Of a stretch of DNA of 40,913 nucleotides, positions 1-11,437 are shown one piece after another (position 1 is the first letter of the stretch; each line of letters opens with the position of its first letter). The stretch covers positions 12,953,507-12,994,419 of the forward strand of contig NC_068998.1 in the NCBI RefSeq assembly GCF_001194135.2, in the 5' to 3' direction. The notes beneath the pieces are model-generated. The model made no database searches. It worked only from the letters and a program-made list of their open reading frames with translations, and was not told the origin of the DNA. This DNA comes from Octopus bimaculoides. Lineage: Eukaryota. The position numbers and the translations under genes are program-made.

Positions 1-307
1 GGTCATGCACAGTTTATCTTGATAGATCACCATGTCATGCACATAAGGTTGTGATGCATGTGCCGGGTGTGCTCTTATCAAATAAGTAATCATGATGACA
101 TACTGGGTTTCATATATTTGCACCCCAGTGTCACTTTGATGGCATGCACTGCTCTCTCAAATCCTTTCTACTATAGGCACAACGACTGAAATTTTGGTGG
201 TGGGGGCAGTCGATTACATCGAACCTAGTGTGGAACTGGTGCTTATTTTTTTACCCTGAAAGGATGAAAGACTGTCAGGATGGATGAAATGCCACTAAGC
301 ATTTTTG

Positions 308-530
308 CCTGGCATACCAGTACCGCCTGACTGGCCCTTGTGCCTGTGGCATGTAAAAGCACCCACTACACTCTTAGGGTGGTTGGCGTTAGGGAGGACA
401 TCTAGCTGTAGAAACTCTGCCAGATCAGATTGGAGCCTGGTGCAGCCATCCGGTTCGTCTGTCCTCAGTCAAATCGTCCAATCCATGCCAGCATGAAAAG
501 CGGACGTTAAATGATGATGATGATGATGAC
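308..530 (+). mobile_element. RTE-type 3' UTR repeat with (GAT)n tail
   Basis: High similarity to 20899-21078, 31793-31942 and 38590-38771. Confidence 0.8.
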
Positions 531-1278
531 TAGGTTGAGGAAGAAGTTTGTGCGCCATGTTAAAATAATGATTTTTTATGTAAGAATTTATTCAAAAACA
601 ACAATAATTCTTCAAGACATGGTACACAAACTTTTTCCATAACCTAATATGTATATGTATATGTGTGTGTGTGATTCAAAACACAGCTTGAATTGGATGT
701 AATGGAATATGTTTAAATAAAAGGTCATTCACTTTGTTGTGATAAAAAAACTAAACAAGAATGTGAACATATTTCTTCTATGCTATCAATGTGCAAGAAA
801 AATGAGTGGAGAGTCTTCTGATGAACCATTTCATGATTTATTGATTACTCCTCTGAGAAGACATCCTTAATTTCCTTCCCCAGTTGATAGCATACCAAGT
901 GTCAGCTGTTATATATAACAGTGAGCAACTAAGCTACCATAGTGGCAGATAACTTAATTTGCATATTTGTGCTTCAGATGGTTCGTCATTATGTGAACAG
1001 TAAATATATTTTATACACAATACAACCTGAATAAAAGGTACTGAAATAAGCTTAAATATATTCATAAATTTAAATACAAAATGTTTGTATGTGTCATGCA
1101 ATTTATATTACGTGACATATTACCATTTACTTATATTACATATTACCATTTACTATAAAATATAGCTGGCCTGTATTACATAAGGTGGTTACTATCCTCA
1201 CTGAAATACATGTAAAATAATGTAAATTAAATAATTTCAGAACCAATTTGCCAGTTTTGGTGCTTTCTAAGTACATAG

Positions 1279-1314
<36 letters not shown>

Positions 1315-1497
1315 TTAGTGTCCATTGTCTATGCTGGCATGGGTTGGATGGTTTGATCAGGGCTGGTAAGCTGAGGGGCTGCACCAGACTCCAGTTTGAT
1401 TTGGCATGGTTTCTGCAGTTGGATGCCCTTCCTAATGCCAACCACTCCGAGAGTGTAGTGGGTGCTTTTATATGTCACCAGCATGAGGGCCAGTTAT
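1279..1497 (-). mobile_element. RTE-type 3' UTR repeat
   Basis: Reverse complement of the same family, with a (CAT)n tail on the + strand. Confidence 0.8.
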
Positions 1498-1557
1498 GTG
1501 ACACCAGTATCTTCCACAACTGTGATTTCACTTGGCTTGATGGGTCTTCTCAATCAT

Positions 1558-1634
<77 letters not shown>

Positions 1635-1869
1635 ATATATATAGGATTGAAGAGCTCTTGACCCTACATTGCATCACTCACTGCCGACTACTTTATAAAG
1701 GTACTGGGTACATTTTATCATGGTACTAGCACCACTGAATTTGCCTCATGCTTCACAAGATCCACTGAAATGTCTTCACTACACTACTTTGTCCTATCTT
1801 AGTTTCTTGAAAGCAATATGACCAAGCAGGTGAATAGAAGAGAGAGTAAAGAATCATGGTGCATTAGAA

Positions 1870-2165
1870 ATAAATCCTGTTGATCCGATTAACAGAACAA
1901 CTTGTTCATGAAATTAACCTGCATGTGGCTGAGCAATCCACAGATATGTGTACCCTTAAAGTAATTCTCAGGGAGATTTAGCATGACACAGAGTGTGACA
2001 AAGCTGGCCCTTTGAAATACATGTGCTACTCATTTTTGCCAGATGAATGGAATGGAGTGATGTGAAATAAAGTGTCTTGCTCAAGGACACAATGTGTCAC
2101 CGGTAATCAAACTCATGACCTTACGGTCATGAGCTGAATATCCTAACCACTAAGCCATGTGTGTT
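1870..2165 (-). mobile_element. tRNA-headed SINE (head A + body X)
   Basis: The 3' part aligns to 25490-25630; the 5' part aligns to 13255-13375 and 35140-35280. Confidence 0.75.
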
Positions 2166-2426
2166 CATGCATTTGAAATACCACCCAAATATCACCTTGA
2201 ATCAAACTCCTCAAAAAAATTGAGGACAGAAAACATTAAATAATGTAGTCATAGATACACTGTGTCTGAAAATATCATGTGATAGTCCCTCTGGAATATC
2301 TTTGATCAGTTCTGCTTGAGGGCTGAATCAGCCAACCTGGAGCTAAGCATTAAGTAATACCAACCAAACCAACTGCAATTAGGCATATTTGAGTGTTTGT
2401 TAACAATGTAGTAGAAGGGTACATAC

Positions 2427-2688
2427 CTGAAGGAATGTCCAAACTTACGAGAGGATTTTCAATTTTTTTCAGTGTCTCTAGTACAGAAGCAAAGTCTCCA
2501 GTGATTGGTTCTTTGTGACAACTACCATAGATAGCATCAACCACAAGATTGTAAGCTGAGTCTATCAGATGTGGTTCACTGGGAAAGAATGAGAGGAATG
2601 GCATATCCATTCTCTCACATTGCAGTCTCAGGTTTTCAAAGATTTGTTGATTTGAAGTTTTAGGGTAGAAAATGGATGGTTTGTACCC
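2427..2688 (-). CDS. NAXE: YjeF_N family (NAXE/YJEFN3-like) internal exon, equivalent to human NAXE exons 4+5
   Basis: tattttttgcag|GGG TAC AAA...CCT TCA G|gtatgt. The 262 nt encode GYKPSIFYPK...QCERMDMPFL...LVVDAIYG...PLVSLDIPS(G), containing the hallmark VVDA.G and S.DIPSG motifs. Confidence 0.94.
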
Positions 2689-3548
2689 CTGCAAAAAATA
2701 GTAAAAAATAAAAATTGAAAACATATCATATTTCTGTTTGGATACAACATTGGTTTTCCAAAACCTTTCTAGATTGATAATTTTTCTAAACCAGTCAATA
2801 CATTCTAAATTAAGCAAATATTAAATTTACTTAATTAAATGAAATACATGTCCTGTACATTAAANNNNNNNNNNNNNNNNNNNNNNNNNNNNNNNNNNNN
2901 NNNNNNNNNNNNNNNNNNNNNNNNNNNNNNNNNNNNNNNNNNNNNNNNNNNNNNNNNNNNNNNNNNNNNNNNNNNNNNNNNNNNNNNNNNNNNNNNNNNN
3001 NNNNNNNNNNNNNNNNNNNNNNNNNNNNNNNNNNNNNNNNNNNNNNNNNNNNNNNNNNNNNNNNNNNNNNNNNNNNNNNNNNNNNNNNNNNNNNNNNNNN
3101 NNNNNNNNNNNNNNNNNNNNNNNNNNNNNNNNNNNNNNNNNNNNNNNNNNNNNNNNNNNNNNNNNNNNNNNNNNNNNNNNNNNNNNNNNNNNNNNNNNNN
3201 NNNNNNNNNNNNNNNNNNNNNNNNNNNNNNNNNNNNNNNNNNNNNNNNNNNNNNNNNNNNNNNNNNNNNNNNNNNNNNNNNNNNNNNNNNNNNNNNNNNN
3301 NNNNNNNNNNNNNNNNNNNNNNNNNNNNNNNNNNNNNNNNNNNNNNNNNNNNNNNNNNNNNNNNNNNNNNNNNNNNNNNNNNNNNNNNNNNNNNNNNNNN
3401 NNNNNNNNNNNNNNNNNNNNNNNNNNNNNNNNNNNNNNNNNNNNNNNNNNNNNNNNNNNNNNNNNNNNNNNNNNNNNNNNNNNNNNNNNNNNNNNNNNNN
3501 NNNNNNNNNNNNNNNNNNNNNNNNNNNNNNNNNNNNTGTAAGAAAGAA

Positions 3549-3690
3549 TTCATGCTGGTGCCATGTTAAAAGCACCCAGAACACACTGTAAAGTGGTTGG
3601 CATCACGAGGGGCATCCAGCCATAAAAACCAAAGCCAAATCAGACTGGAACCTGGTGTTGCTCTCCAGCTTGTTTGTTCTGGTCAAACCT
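3549..3690 (+). mobile_element. RTE-type 3' UTR repeat, degenerate and tail-less
   Basis: aaaagcacccag...gtggttggcatc...gggcatccagcc...gccaaatcagactggaacctggtg. Confidence 0.7.
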
Positions 3691-4312
3691 GGGTGTTAAA
3701 GGATAATGTTGCTCTATCTATCCATCTATAGATGTATGTGTGTGTGAGAGAGAGAGAGAGTGTGTTTTTGTGTGTGTATATTGCCTTTATTGTTATAAAG
3801 CTATGAAGGTGATTTCAGGGCTTAGTGTTTTGTACTGAAACACTCATAAAAGTTTGCTAAGTGCTTTAGCCCGAAACTCTTTGACTTTGAGTTACTTAAA
3901 TAGTTCATGTCTGCTTTTGTATTGAATTCTATTTCTCCCATTTACATATATAAGCCTACACATACATAGACATATAGATACGTGTGTCAATGCACACGTG
4001 ACGTGTAGAAATATNNNNNNNNNNNNNNNNNNNNNNNNNNNNNNNNNNNNNNNNNNNNNNNNNNNNNNNNNNNNNNNNNNNNNNNNNNNNNNNNNNNNNN
4101 NNNNNNNNNNNNNNGAGAGAAAGAGAGAGAGAGGGAGGGAGAGAGAGAGAGGGAGGGAGAGAGATAGAGAGGCAGACAGATTAACAGACTAGTTTTATTC
4201 TGCATTCTTCTTTTTCTTTTTTTTTTTACAAATGAAAATGCAAAGTAATTAAATCAATATTAAAATAATAAAGACAGAAGTAAGTAAATAAAAACAATAT
4301 CACCACCGTCAC

Positions 4313-4344
<32 letters not shown>

Positions 4345-5523
4345 GTAGTAGAAATAACAACAAAAGCAACAGCTACAAGAAATAGAAAAACAAAAATAAG
4401 AATAGAAACCACAACAGCAACAACGACAATGATCACAATAATGATGATGATGACGATGATGATGATGATGATAAAACAAAATTTAAGAAAAATAATTCAA
4501 AGAATATTTTTTGCCAATAGACTGTTTTTGACTAGCCTATATCTAGAAATTGAAGAACATGGAACTGAACCAATCTATTCTTGGTAGAGGAAATAACCTT
4601 TGTATTTTCTGGTGGTGGTGGTGGTGGTGGTATTGGGGAAAGAATATATTAAAGACTAGTTGTGCAACAGATATTCTTGGTTTAGGAAATGGAACTCAGA
4701 CAAAAGTAGGAAACTCTGGAATCAGAGATTTAAAAGAATTAGACTTGNNNNNNNNNNNNNNNNNNNNNNNNNNNNNNNNNNNNNNNNNNNNNNNNNNNNN
4801 NNNNNNNNNNNNNNNNNNNNNNNNNNNNNNNNNNNNNNNNNNNNNNNNNNNNNNNNNNNNNNNNNNNNNNNNNNNNNNNNNNNNNNNNNNNNNNNNNNNN
4901 NNNNNNNNNNNNNNNNNNNNNNNNNNNNNNNNNNNNNNNNNNNNNNNNNNNNNNNNNNNNNNNNNNNNNNNNNNNNNNNNNNNNNNNNNNNNNNNNNNNN
5001 NNNNNNNNNNNNNNNNNNNNNNNNNNNNNNNNNNNNNNNNNNNNNNNNNNNNNNNNNNNNNNNNNNNNNNNNNNNNNNNNNNNNNNNNNNNNNNNNNNNN
5101 NNNNNNNNNNNNNNNNNNNNNNNNNNNNNNNNNNNNNNNNNNNNNNNNNNNNNNNNNNNNNNNNNNNNNNNNNNNNNNNNNNNNNNNNNNNNNNNNNNNN
5201 NNNNNNNNNNNNNNNNNNNNNNNNNNNNNNNNNNNNNNNNNNNNNNNNNNNNNNNNNNNNNNNNNNNNNNNNNNNNNNNNNNNNNNNNNNNNNNNNNNNN
5301 NNNNNNNNNNNNNNNNNNNNNNNNNNNNNNNNNNNNNNNNNNNNNNNNNNNNNNNNNNNNNNNNNNNNNNNNNNNNNNNNNNNNNNNNNNNNNNNNNNNN
5401 NNNNNNNNNNNNNNNNNNNNNNNNNNNNNNNNNNNNNNNNNNNNNNNNNNNNNNNNNNNNNNNNNNNNNNNNNNNNNNNNNNNNNNNNNNNNNNNNNNNN
5501 NNNNNNNNNNNNNNNNNNNNNNN

Positions 5524-5576
<53 letters not shown>

Positions 5577-5816
5577 CACATACATATACACATACAGACA
5601 CACACATATATACATACATATATTTATATATGTGCATATATATATAATACATAAACATACACACACACACATATATATATATACATATATATATGCATGC
5701 ATGTATAACTGTATGTATGTATATAAATCTTGGTAGTAGAAGCTTAGTTCATTGACGCAATATATTTAATCACTGAAAATGCACAGTAACTCAGCAAGTA
5801 GGCAGTGCCACAACTT

Positions 5817-5850
<34 letters not shown>

Positions 5851-6131
5851 TACAGAGAGAAAGAGAGACTATTCAATGTTGTTATATGCAGCTAGCCATA
5901 ATACGCTCCGTTGCATTGTTGTAGCTTTTGAAAGATGCCAACCCACTGGCTAGGTGGGGGGCAAGCTAATATTCTTTACCTGAACAGCATACCAGCCCTT
6001 CGCCAACTTTTACCCCACTTACTGCTGAATGGACTGGAGTGATGTGAAATGAAGTGTTTTGCTCAAGAACACAATTTATCATCCTAACAACTAGGACAGC
6101 CACCTTCTAACACAAGCACACATATACATAC

Positions 6132-6168
<37 letters not shown>

Positions 6169-6356
6169 TATGTTTGTTTATGTGTGTGTATGTATATATA
6201 TGTATATATCTTTATATATCTATATATATATAATTTATATATATGTGTGTATATACATATATATGGGAGAATTTACGAAAAAAGCAACAACAGACGAGGA
6301 CAGGTGGTGTAAACAACAAAAGGATGTATTAGTTTAACGGTCGGGAATACAGAAAG

Positions 6357-6393
6357 TCTTTAACGTTTCGAGCTACGCTCTTCAACAGAAAGA
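6357..6393 (-). ncRNA. Minimal type I hammerhead-ribozyme-like motif (variant core CUGUUGA) inside a Penelope-like terminal repeat
   Basis: Minus strand: UCUUU CUGUUGA A GAGC-GUA-GCUC GAAA CGUU AAAGA. Stem I UCUUU/AAAGA, stem II GAGC/GCUC, palindromic ACGU in place of stem III. The core position A6 is U. Confidence 0.55.
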
Positions 6394-6443
6394 ATACGGA
6401 GAAAACAAGGAGAATAACATATATATATATATATATATATATA

Positions 6444-6600
6444 TAGGCACAGTTGTGTTGTAAGACGCTCATTTCCCAACCACATGGTTCTAGGTTCAGT
6501 CTTAGTGCGTCGCATCTTTTATTATAGCCTCAGGTCAACCAAATCCTTCTGAGTGGACTTGGTATACAGAAACTGAAAAAAGAAGCCTGTCGTATATATA
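6444..6600 (+). mobile_element. Family C SINE 5' half
   Basis: ttcccaaccacatggttctaggttcagtc...gtggacttggtatacagaaactgaa. Confidence 0.7.
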
Positions 6601-7059
6601 TATAACCCACATGGGTTTAGGCAGGATTGCACCTAAGGACTTATGGACTTATTTCTACAAGATTGGAAAGGGGGGGGGCAATACCACCCACTTTGGGAAC
6701 CATTGCTTTAAACCTTAAACTCTTAGATTTCCAAATCTTAAATTGTAACTTTTATACCTAAACAATTAAATATTTAACTGGTTTCTCCATTCATCCTTTA
6801 ATATATTCATACTCCCATTTGTAGGAATATGTAGGAATATATTCATAAAATTACTGGCCATAACCAACTGGAACTTCATCTATTCAACAGACACTAATAT
6901 TCACTGCTTGATCTCTTGCTCCAACCCTAAACTTGAGGAATAGTGCTGACATCTTATTTATTATTCTCTTTATTTCTTTTCCTATTTTCCTTGATCCTTT
7001 TAATTTTTTTTTTTGTCTTCATCCTCTCTTCTTTTATCTGTACCCTTATTTTTACATAA

Positions 7060-7213
7060 AAAGCACTAAAAAGGGAGTCCAGCTGTACAAACCATGCCAA
7101 ACCAGACAGGAACCTGGTGCAGCTCTCCAGCTTACCAGTTCCAATCAAACCATCTAGCCCACACCAGCTTGGAAAGTAGAAGCTAAATGACGATAATGAT
7201 GATGATGACAATG
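7060..7213 (+). mobile_element. RTE-type 3' UTR repeat, degenerate
   Basis: tccagctgtacaaaccatgccaaaccagac...gctaaatgacgataatgatgatg. Confidence 0.65.
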
Positions 7214-7964
7214 AAGGTGATGATATATGAAATTAAATAATGTTCCAATTATAGACAATCATGATTGATATATCAAATAAATAGTTTATTCTATTATAGA
7301 ACACAGTAGGATGTTATTCACTGCTGCAACAGTGTTGTCTAATCGAATTCATTGTACAGAAAATATATTACAAATAACACATGGAATTAACTGGCACAAA
7401 CTCTTCAAACAAAAAAATAACATTTAAATTATCATTGTTTTAGAATATTGAATTCGTATAATGTTGTATATAGTTTTTGGGAATGTGAATTTACAGTGTT
7501 AAATTGTTAATGTATTAGAAATAGTTTGAGATCATGTTAGAAAGGGCAGAGACCATAATTATAGTGAAAGGAATTAGAGAAAAATAAAATTATATTGTAA
7601 TTTAATATGATAGTTAAAGCAAATTTATTGGTTGAAGGTTAAGTAAATAAATATATTAAATGGTGTAATGTTAATGGTGTTTATGTTCTGAATTTATGAG
7701 GTGTTTTAAAGTATTTTCTGGTGGAGTGGATTGGTCGAAAACATTAATAGTTATTAAAGTGGTTCTTACTGTTGGTGAAAATGAGCTTTGTGGTAGATGC
7801 AACCTATATTGTAGATTTAATTAGTGTCTGGGGGAAAAAATGAAATTAGAACATATATATAGCTGAAAGGTGTTGGTTTACTGTATAAGGGCATAAGTAC
7901 TTTGGAAAAGCTGCTTTAGGTAAAACTTTGAAATAACTGTTCCTTTTGAAAAGTGCAAGGATGG

Positions 7965-8101
7965 TTTGCTTCCCACCCATGTGGTTACATGTTCAGTCTC
8001 ACTGCATGTCACTTCGGGTAAGTGTCTTTCACTATAACTCTGAGCTAACCAAAGCCTTGTGAATGGATTTGGTAGACAGAACCTGAAAGAAGCTTGTTGT
8101 G

Positions 8102-8105
<4 letters not shown>
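7965..8105 (+). mobile_element. Family C SINE 5' half
   Basis: gcttcccacccatgtggttac...aaagccttgtgaatggatttggtagacagaacctgaaagaagc. Confidence 0.7.
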
Positions 8106-8147
<42 letters not shown>

Positions 8148-8439
8148 ACAAAAATCGGGATGTGTGGCATTCAGTTATTCCATAAATGAAAAATACATTA
8201 AATACTACAAAACATACATGTAGGACAGACACCAGAACCCTAATACTTCATCAGTTATCAATTGAAAAATACTAATACCTAGTTTCATGCCTTTAACGAT
8301 AAGACTAGGAACTTTGTATATTGGCGTCACCTGCAAGATTTGCAGAGAATCAGGGCTTGAGCAAACAAAATAATACAGGGTTGATGTATGAAAGTAAACA
8401 ACAGTAATTTGAAACGATATATGAAGACAATATCTATCT

Positions 8440-8660
8440 ATGTATGTGTGCCTTTGTATTTGTCCTTCCCTCACTGCTTGGCAACCGGTGTTGGTGTGTT
8501 TACATCCTGTTACATTCAGCAAAAGAGACTGATAGAATAAATACTAGGCTTTAAAAAAAACAAGCCCTGGAGTCAATTTCTTCAACTAAAACCCTTCAAG
8601 GCAGTGCTCCAGCATGACCACTGTCAAATGATTGAAACAAGTAAAAGAATAAAAGACCAA
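8440..8660 (+). mobile_element. Family C SINE 3' half, just 3' of the 8694-8804 exon
   Basis: cttggcaaccggtgttggtgtgtttacatcc...ctccagcatgacc...gaaacaagtaaaagaataaaaga. Confidence 0.75.
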
Positions 8661-8693
8661 TGTACTTTTAAGCTTCTTAATCAGTTTACTTAC

Positions 8694-8804
8694 AAAATGT
8701 TTAAGGTGTCGTGCACAGACAAGTCCGTGTCCTCCATTGCTGTCTGGGCCACAGCAGACGAGTATGGCACCATTATCTCTGCTCATTTTATCTAAAGGAT
8801 ACAC
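8694..8804 (-). CDS. NAXE: YjeF_N family (NAXE/YJEFN3-like) internal exon, equivalent to human NAXE exon 3
   Basis: ttttttccag|GTG TAT CCT...AAA CAT TTT|gtaagt. The 111 nt encode [37 protein letters not shown], matching recalled [41 protein letters not shown]. Phase 0 at both ends. Confidence 0.93.
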
Positions 8805-9044
8805 CTGGAAAAAAGAAAAAACAAAAAAAAGGATGAAACAGTTACAGCAGCAAAAAGCAAGCCAGAATCTGAAACATGAGCAAGATGAAGTCCCATGACC
8901 TGCCTTCATGAGCTATCACTCCTGAACATGTGTTGGGTCCAACTGAAGTGGTCTACCTATATCAGCATGGAAAGTGGATCTAAAAATATGGTGGTTACAC
9001 ACACACATGTATACATATATATATGCATATATATATGTATATAT

Positions 9045-9143
<99 letters not shown>

Positions 9144-9236
9144 CATACACACACACACCTATATATAGATAGATAGATACGCACATATAATAATATACAT
9201 GTGTTTACATACATTCATACAGGCATGTATGCATGC

Positions 9237-9284
<48 letters not shown>

Positions 9285-9644
9285 ACACGCAACATTTGAA
9301 TGATGAACAATTAAGTTAGGATTAACATAATGTTGGGAGCATTAAAAAAATCTCACTAGGAATATGTGATGAGGACAAAAAATCAATATTAGTCATTGAC
9401 TAATAGTATGTTTTAGCGAAATTGGCACAAGACTGAGAAACATTAGAAGATCAGCAGTGATTAAAAATAAAAAATCTATAGATTACTGTTTTTGGTGTTA
9501 CATAGTCCTGATTAGTTCCACATGACTAGAGAGATTGTCTTGGAGAAACAATAATACATAGTGTAAATAGGGTTGTGTTGCCTTTACAGGGACAAGATAA
9601 CAACTTTAATGCTGGTGCCACAATAAAATACTCTGTATTGGTGG

Positions 9645-10035
9645 AGACATAGCTGTGTCGTAAGAAGTTTGCTTCTCAACCACATGGTTCTGAGTTCAGT
9701 TCCATCTTGAGCAAGTGTCTTCCAATGTAGCACCAGGTTAACCAAAACCGCGTGAAAGGATTTGGTTGAAGGAAACTGAAAGAGACCTATTGTGTGTATA
9801 CATCTAGGTGTGTGTGTGTGTGTGTATTTGAGTTAGTGGTTTCTCCCCATCTTGCTTGACAACTGATGTTGGTTTGATTACGTCCCTGTAACTTAGTAGT
9901 TTGGTAAACAAAAAAAAAAGACCAATAGAATAAGTACCAGACTTAAAAGAAAATTTACTGGGGTCAATTTGTTCGACTAAAACCCTTCAATTAGTGACCC
10001 AGCATGACCACAGTCTAATGACTGAAACATAAAAA
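9645..10035 (+). mobile_element. Near full-length family C SINE, degenerate
   Basis: Head, internal (TG)n and 3' part all align by eye to the reverse complement of 37846-38258. Confidence 0.75.
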
Positions 10036-10119
10036 TATATTCTGTCAAGTGGGTGGTGAATGAACAAAAGTGATGTAGGGTAGAGAAGACAGGTGATTGG
10101 TGTCATGATAAAATGCACC

Positions 10120-10745
10120 TAGGTCTCCTGAAAATGGTTGACAAATGACCATAAACAACATAGGGTAGAGAGGGCCTTTTAGTCAGAGACCTGACAATCT
10201 TCTGGTACTGCACCACAATAAAATGCACCCAGTATGCCCTGTAAAATGTTTGGTTTTGGGAAGGGTACCAAACTGNNNNNNNNNNNNNNNNNNNNNNNNN
10301 NNNNNNNNNNNNNNNNNNNNNNNNNNNNNNNNNNNNNNNNNNNNNNNNNNNNNNNNNNNNNNNNNNNNNNNNNNNNNNNNNNNNNNNNNNNNNNNNNNNN
10401 NNNNNNNNNNNNNNNNNNNNNNNNNNNCTTCTGGTACTGCACCACAATAAAATGCACCCAGTATGCCCTGTAAAATGTTTGGTTTTGGGAAGGGTACCAA
10501 ACTAGAAACTGTGCCAAAAATGGAACATATGAGTGAGATGTGGTCCCTGAAAATGGTTGACAAATGACCATAAACAACATAGGGTAGAGAGGGCCTTTTA
10601 GTCAGAGACCTGACAACCTTCTGGTACTGCACCACAATAAAATGCACCCAGTATGCCCTGTAAAATGTTTGGTTTTGGGAAGGGTACCAAACTGTAGAAA
10701 TTGTGCAAAAATGGAACATATGAGTGAGATGTGGTCCCTGACCCA
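10120..10745. repeat. Tandem repeat with 190-bp unit spanning an N gap
   Basis: cttctggtactgcacc starts at 10199, 10428 and 10618. The copies are near-identical. Confidence 0.9.
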
Positions 10746-10994
10746 ACTAGGAAGGCAATCATGTAATAATAAGCATTAAATTCTGTCTGTCCATGTGGGA
10801 CCCCTTTATTTTAGTCTCCATTTGCTCTACATAGACATGTTATAACTTTTTGGAATGAGGATGACCCCAGGATTGAAAATCTGCCCTTCAATTGGTTCTT
10901 TAACATCCAGCATTGGAATCAGGCCTGGATGAGGATTTGTTATATGCTAACAGTTGAAAATTCACATTTTAAAAGAAATCCAAAGATTTAGGGA

Positions 10995-11437
10995 CTGAGT
11001 GAAGGCATGTGGCTTAGTGATTAGGGTGTGTGGCTCAGGATCATAAGGTTGTGAGTTCAATTTCTGGTGGCACATTCTTTCATGTTGCTCCAAGTCTACT
11101 CAGCTGGCAAAATTGAGTAATCCCTGTATTTCAAAGAGCCAGCCTTGTCACATTCTGTGTTGTACTGAGTCCCCTTAAGAACCACATTAATCCCGTCAAA
11201 TGTAATACTAACATATTCACATTGTTTTGAAATAATCATGCATTATCTTATAGCTTCAAGATTTCAATGATGTGATTGTTTCTTTTTAGAAACACATTGT
11301 AGAGTAGGTGGGAAAGGCTAGATCTGGCTGGTTTGAATGTAAAATGTGTAGAATATTTGGGCTTGATATGGTTGATTTAAATGCTAAAAGGTTAAGGATA
11401 CACATGTCTGTGGAGTGTTCAACCACTTGAACATTAA
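10995..11437 (+). mobile_element. tRNA-headed SINE (head A + body X) split by a TTAA-targeting MITE
   Basis: The SINE sequence ...gaaccacaTTAA | TTAAggatacacatgtctgtggagtg... is continuous once 11191-11395 is removed. Confidence 0.75.
11187..11395 (-). mobile_element. Non-autonomous TTAA-flanked (piggyBac-type) MITE
   Basis: TTAA at 11187-90 and 11392-95. The end ttaaccttttagcatttaaa recurs inverted at 11434-11460. An internal fragment of the same family is at 40880-40913. Confidence 0.65.

Noticed and set aside
2275-2336. Possible terminal exon (ccag|GT TGG) giving G-W in the expected phase after DIPS, via a 90-nt intron
   Set aside because: It continues LIQPSSRTDQRYSRGTIT*, lacking the conserved PD..ISLTAPK and GGRFVP motifs, and the sequence looks repeat-derived. 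The true last exon is probably left of the window. RNA-seq junctions would settle it.
2831-5736. Long ORF-track entries over N runs and (TA)n/(CA)n tracts (also near 8.9-9.2, 15.7-16.5, 21.9-22.7, 23.4-23.9, 26.2-27.2, 36.5-37.7 kb)
   Set aside because: Frames stay open only because of Ns or stop-free microsatellites.
10120-10745. Regular repeats as a CRISPR array
   Set aside because: Contiguous 190-bp units with no unique spacers, in eukaryotic context with no cas genes.
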